Assembly: GCA_963678315.1 (NCBI GenBank)
Contig: OY782781.1
Coordinates: 32,001-96,000 of the forward strand
DNA length: 64,000 nucleotides
Direction: 5' to 3'
Source of the DNA: Candidatus Cloacimonadales bacterium
Lineage (GTDB): Bacteria > Cloacimonadota > Cloacimonadia > Cloacimonadales > JAFGVF01
Shown: one piece after another, positions 60,105 through 64,000 of the stretch
How the letters are laid out: every line of letters starts with the position of its first letter
Numbering within the stretch: the first letter of the stretch is position 1
The notes under the pieces: generated by a model
Database searches by the model: none
What the model saw: the letters and a program-made list of their open reading frames with translations, nothing else
What the model was told of the DNA's origin: nothing
Program-made: the position numbers and the translations under genes

Positions 60105-60146
60105 CTAGCCTCCTGCATTAAATTGCGATTTAATGCAGGAGGCTAG
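60105..60146. repeat. Dispersed intergenic palindrome, family A, copy 4 (perfect 19-bp arms)
   Basis: CTAGCCTCCTGCATTAAAT-TGCG-ATTTAATGCAGGAGGCTAG. Confidence 0.88.
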
Positions 60147-60232
60147 GTAGTTTCCAGTTAAAATTCAATCATGAAGACTTATATTTTTTAAGATAAATTA
60201 GAAAAATACCTCTCTTGAACAAATAAGATAAA

Positions 60233-63200
60233 TTACTCTTTATTATTGAGCATTCTTTTGGAGATAACACTTGATATATCTTTTACCCATGGATTTTTTA
60301 GAACTGTCATATGAGAGCCTTTGACCGTGAACTTATTGTAATCTTTAACAATTCCAGGCCATCCATAACGAGGGTCAGGGATGATACCTTCTAATCTTTC
60401 TTCTGCAAGGAAGAGATTTATTTTGCCATTATAATTTGACATCTTATAATTGTTTAAGGCATTGATATTACTTCTATAGATTCTTTTTAGTTTTTCCAAT
60501 TCTTCTTGGGATTTCTCGCCAATGGTTGAGGTTAAGTTTTCAACAAAATCATCTTCCAGAACCTTATGAATATCAGCCACATACTTAAGTTTGAATTGGA
60601 TATATTCTTTCCAGAAAGATGGTCCTAATAAGATAGCATTAACTATTCTTCTAGTTAAATACCTTAACTTCTTAAATTTGGAATTAGGCCTTCCCCAGGT
60701 TTCAAAGAGATAAACATCAGCAATCTCTTCACCTCTCTTCTTAAGTTCAACAGATATTTCATAAGCTAGGACTCCCCCATAACACCAGCCACCAATAAAG
60801 TATGGTCCTTGAGGGCACATTTCAAGAATCTTATCCACATAGCAGGCAACCATTTCAGGAATAGAAGAGTGACATTCACCTGATAAACCTTTAGATTGAA
60901 TGCCATAAACTGGAATTCTCTTATCTAAATTATGGATTAAATTCACATAGCCGAGGACATCACCTGGGGTGGTGTGTGTTAAGAATAGAGGACTATAATC
61001 CTTGTTACCTTTCTGTAAGACAGTGATAACTTCATTGCTAAAGTTAACATCTCTTTCTATTTCCTGTGATAATTCTCTAACAGTAGGATTCTGGTAGAGT
61101 TGAGCAGAGTTTAATTTTATTCCTAAAGACTTTTCTATTGAAACAATTAGTTCAATAGCATTTAGGGAGTCTCCCCCATTATCAAAGAAGTTATCAGTAA
61201 AAGTAATCTCTTTCTTTAATATATGCTGAAAAATTGGAAGCAGATTTATTTCAGTAATGTTTAGAGCTTGCTTGTCCTCAACAATGCTTTCTGGTATTTC
61301 AACAGGAAGTCTCTTCTTATCAATCTTACCATTAGTAGTTAAAGGAATGCTGTCTAACTTAACAAAGAAATTTGGTTTCATGTAGGAAGGTAAATGTTCT
61401 TGGGCTGTAGTAGAAAATTCTTGCTCTGTAATATTGTGATTAGCTACATAATACAAGAATATTTTATATACTTCTTTAGCGACTTCTTTTATATCTGCAA
61501 CAACTTCTTTTAGAGGAAGGTTTTTAGCAAAAGCAGATTCAATTTCACTCAGTTCTATTCTAAAGCCATTTAACTTTATTTGATTATCATTCCTACCAAG
61601 AAACTTAATCTTGCCATCATCTCTGAATAAACCATAGTCACCAGAATTATATATGTATCCTAAACTACTATGATTAAAGAACTTTTCCTTGGTCATTTCA
61701 GGATTATATAAGTAGCCTTGTGAAAGGCCATTTCCCCCAATATAAATATCCCCTGCTATACCTATAGGCAAGTCATTCATGAATCTATCTAGAATCCAAA
61801 GCTGGGTATTAGGAATAGTCTTACCTATTGTATCATCAACGCCTTCATCAGTTGAGGCAATGATAGTAGCTTCAGTTGGGCCGTAGGTATTAAATAGTTT
61901 AACCTTGCCTGATGTATGTTGCAGCCAATGACTATATATCTCAGCTGAAGCTTTTTCCCCTCCAATAATCACAAGCTTTAGACATTGTGGTAGAGTGTGT
62001 TCAGGAAGAGCTTTAGCTATTTGATGCCAAAAGGCTGTAGGCAAATCTACTATTGAAATATTGTTATTTTCAACAAAAGAATAAAAAGCACTGGCAGATT
62101 TATTTGTTTCCTCATCCCTCAGGACTAAGCAAGCTCCAGCTAACCAAGTTGGGAAAATCTCTTCAACAGAAATATCAAAACTTACTGAGGCAAACTGTAA
62201 AACTCTATCATTATTAGAAGTCCCATAGATGCTATTAGCTACAAGATTGTGATTCACTAGATTAGCATGGCTAATCTTAACGCCTTTAGGTTTACCTGTA
62301 GAGCCTGAAGTATAGATTACATAGGCAATACTTTCTGGTGAAATAGTGATTTCGACCTTGCTGCTATCAGACTTATAGCTTTCTATCTCTTCAAAGTAGA
62401 GAATATTCTCGATGTTGGCAATTGAATGGCTTCTATTCATAAACATTGTTTTTGTTTGGGAATCTTCTAAGATATGTTCTATTCTTTCTTTTGGATAATT
62501 AGGATCTATTGGAAGATAAGCATTACCACTTTTGAGAATTGCTAGTATGCTAACAAATACATCAATAGACCTATTAGAATATATGGCTATGATGTTACCG
62601 CTTCCCACTAAGTTATAAAGGTAATTAGCTAATGCTTGACTCTCTTTATCTAGGTCGTTGTATGATAGAATACTTGAGCCATATTCTAGGGCAAATCTTT
62701 CACTATGTAAGCTAACACTTTCTTTGAATAAATCTATATATGATTTATTCTGGTCCACAGCAAGCTCAACAGAGTTCCATTCTTTGATTCTTTTCCTTTC
62801 TCTATCAGAAATTAAGTCAATATCCTTCAAAGCTAGATTGCTATTAACTTCTTCTTTGAAGATAGTAAATATTTGTTCATAATCAAAGAGCTCAAAGGTC
62901 TGTAGCTTCTCTATCCTATCTGCTATATCTCTATACCTATAGGCAAGATCGAGTAAATAGCTTTGCTTCTTTTTAAGTCTCTTTAAAACTTTTGTAATAT
63001 TAGCTATATTATCATTTATGGATCTATCAAAATCTATCTTAAATGAAGCAGGAATAACATTAGCGATTAGCTTATCTTGACTGTTAACAGTTATAGGAAG
63101 AGAGAAGATTTCTTGAGTTGACAGTCTTGCCAAGAAAGAAATATATAAAGCTAATTCTGGATTATCCATATTCAATACAGAAGAAGAATCAGTTTTATTG

Positions 63201-64000
63201 TAGGACGATTTAGGAAGCTCTATCTCTTGATAATTAGCCACTTGCTTAAGCCAAAAACTCTCTGCTTTTACAAGTTCTAAGTATTGTAAAAAGTCTTCTT
63301 CTCTAATTGTCTCTATTTGGTAAGAGTCAGCTAATTCATTAAGATTGCTTTTACTTCCATCAAGCTTAAGTAATTCATCTATGATAACTTGTCCATCATG
63401 AAGATTAAGGATTAGCTTTTCATTATCTTTTTGCAATCTACCAATGTCTTTAGTCTTTTTCTTATTAAAGGAGCAAGATTTGATAATATAATATGCAAAG
63501 CCGATTTTAATTCTAAGGCTAGCTACTTCATTATTATTATCGCCAAAGTTAGAAGCCCGGTAATATCGTTCAACTAAATCAATATTACTTTCTATATCAA
63601 GTAAGTAGTTGTTTCTTTCACGCTTATGTATAGCAAAATATGTTCGTTGAGATTCATCTTGTTGAATACCTTCAATTTGATTACTATCAAGAAGATTTAC
63701 AAGTTCTTTGAAAGCTTCAATCGCTGCATCGTAGCATTTAGCATTTAGCAGATTAGAGGTATCTCCATCTTCAATCTTGACTTTCTTTTGGACAAGAATA
63801 TTACCTGTATCAATTCCTTGATCAACCTTATGCCAGCTTATTCCATGTTCTTTCTCATCATTAATTATAGCCCAGTAAGTAGCATAAACACCTGCATATT
63901 TTGGTAATAAAGAGTCATGATAGTTGATAGTCATCTTTGTAGGTAAAGCTAGTATTTTCCTATCAAGAATTATACCATTAACAATACTAAATAGGTAATC
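60233..64000 (-). CDS. Single-module NRPS: formyltransferase - adenylation - thiolation - thioesterase; 5' end outside window
   Basis: Frame is open to 64000 (DYLFSIVN...INYHDSLLPKYAG...GIDTG); YTSGSTGKPKG, YGPTE, NGKIDK; GGDSL; GWCYGG and GSH. Confidence 0.92.
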   Translation of the reverse strand, partial: DYLFSIVNGIILDRKILALPTKMTINYHDSLLPKYAGVYATYWAIINDEKEHGISWHKVDQGIDTGNILVQKKVKIEDGDTSNLLNAKCYDAAIEAFKELVNLLDSNQIEGIQQDESQRTYFAIHKRERNNYLLDIESNIDLVERYYRASNFGDNNNEVASLRIKIGFAYYIIKSCSFNKKKTKDIGRLQKDNEKLILNLHDGQVIIDELLKLDGSKSNLNELADSYQIETIREEDFLQYLELVKAESFWLKQVANYQEIELPKSSYNKTDSSSVLNMDNPELALYISFLARLSTQEIFSLPITVNSQDKLIANVIPASFKIDFDRSINDNIANITKVLKRLKKKQSYLLDLAYRYRDIADRIEKLQTFELFDYEQIFTIFKEEVNSNLALKDIDLISDRERKRIKEWNSVELAVDQNKSYIDLFKESVSLHSERFALEYGSSILSYNDLDKESQALANYLYNLVGSGNIIAIYSNRSIDVFVSILAILKSGNAYLPIDPNYPKERIEHILEDSQTKTMFMNRSHSIANIENILYFEEIESYKSDSSKVEITISPESIAYVIYTSGSTGKPKGVKISHANLVNHNLVANSIYGTSNNDRVLQFASVSFDISVEEIFPTWLAGACLVLRDEETNKSASAFYSFVENNNISIVDLPTAFWHQIAKALPEHTLPQCLKLVIIGGEKASAEIYSHWLQHTSGKVKLFNTYGPTEATIIASTDEGVDDTIGKTIPNTQLWILDRFMNDLPIGIAGDIYIGGNGLSQGYLYNPEMTKEKFFNHSSLGYIYNSGDYGLFRDDGKIKFLGRNDNQIKLNGFRIELSEIESAFAKNLPLKEVVADIKEVAKEVYKIFLYYVANHNITEQEFSTTAQEHLPSYMKPNFFVKLDSIPLTTNGKIDKKRLPVEIPESIVEDKQALNITEINLLPIFQHILKKEITFTDNFFDNGGDSLNAIELIVSIEKSLGIKLNSAQLYQNPTVRELSQEIERDVNFSNEVITVLQKGNKDYSPLFLTHTTPGDVLGYVNLIHNLDKRIPVYGIQSKGLSGECHSSIPEMVACYVDKILEMCPQGPYFIGGWCYGGVLAYEISVELKKRGEEIADVYLFETWGRPNSKFKKLRYLTRRIVNAILLGPSFWKEYIQFKLKYVADIHKVLEDDFVENLTSTIGEKSQEELEKLKRIYRSNINALNNYKMSNYNGKINLFLAEERLEGIIPDPRYGWPGIVKDYNKFTVKGSHMTVLKNPWVKDISSVISKRMLNNKE

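Overview
AT-rich chromosomal segment of an anaerobic, LPS-bearing bacterium. A fused lpxC-fabZ and three secreted proteins with FlgD-Ig/T9SS-like C-terminal tails point to an FCB-group organism, most likely Cloacimonadota (inference). Positions 1-50 kb are mostly housekeeping and adaptive genes: an M6 protease, a sigma-54 activator plus Fe-ADH with a readable enhancer and promoter, the skp-lpxD-lpxC/fabZ-lpxA-tRNA-Ala run, the lepB-hemW-mlaD-Omp85-gingipain-ackA run, nrdD, an oxidative-stress cluster with a rubredoxin missed by the ORF track, tRNA-Lys/Glu, and lemA-TPM-TPM-PPTase-kinase. The most unusual part is the type I R-M locus at 50.8-59.9 kb. (1) hsdM carries a 579-bp in-frame cassette with a complete DUF559/Vsr-like nuclease domain, bounded by a perfect 29-bp inverted repeat. 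(2) Solo and tandemly amplified copies of that same end motif sit in frame at three more sites in hsdM and hsdR, in both orientations, which suggests a frame-preserving mobile element family. (3) An intact MNT antitoxin domain is fused to HsdS directly behind an RX4HXY HEPN toxin gene. (4) A DUF262/DUF1524 gene lies between hsdS and hsdR. The window ends in a 5'-truncated formyltransferase-A-T-TE NRPS whose thioesterase has Cys at the nucleophile position. A separate family of intergenic palindromes occurs 4-5 times. All calls come from motif reading only; no searches were run.
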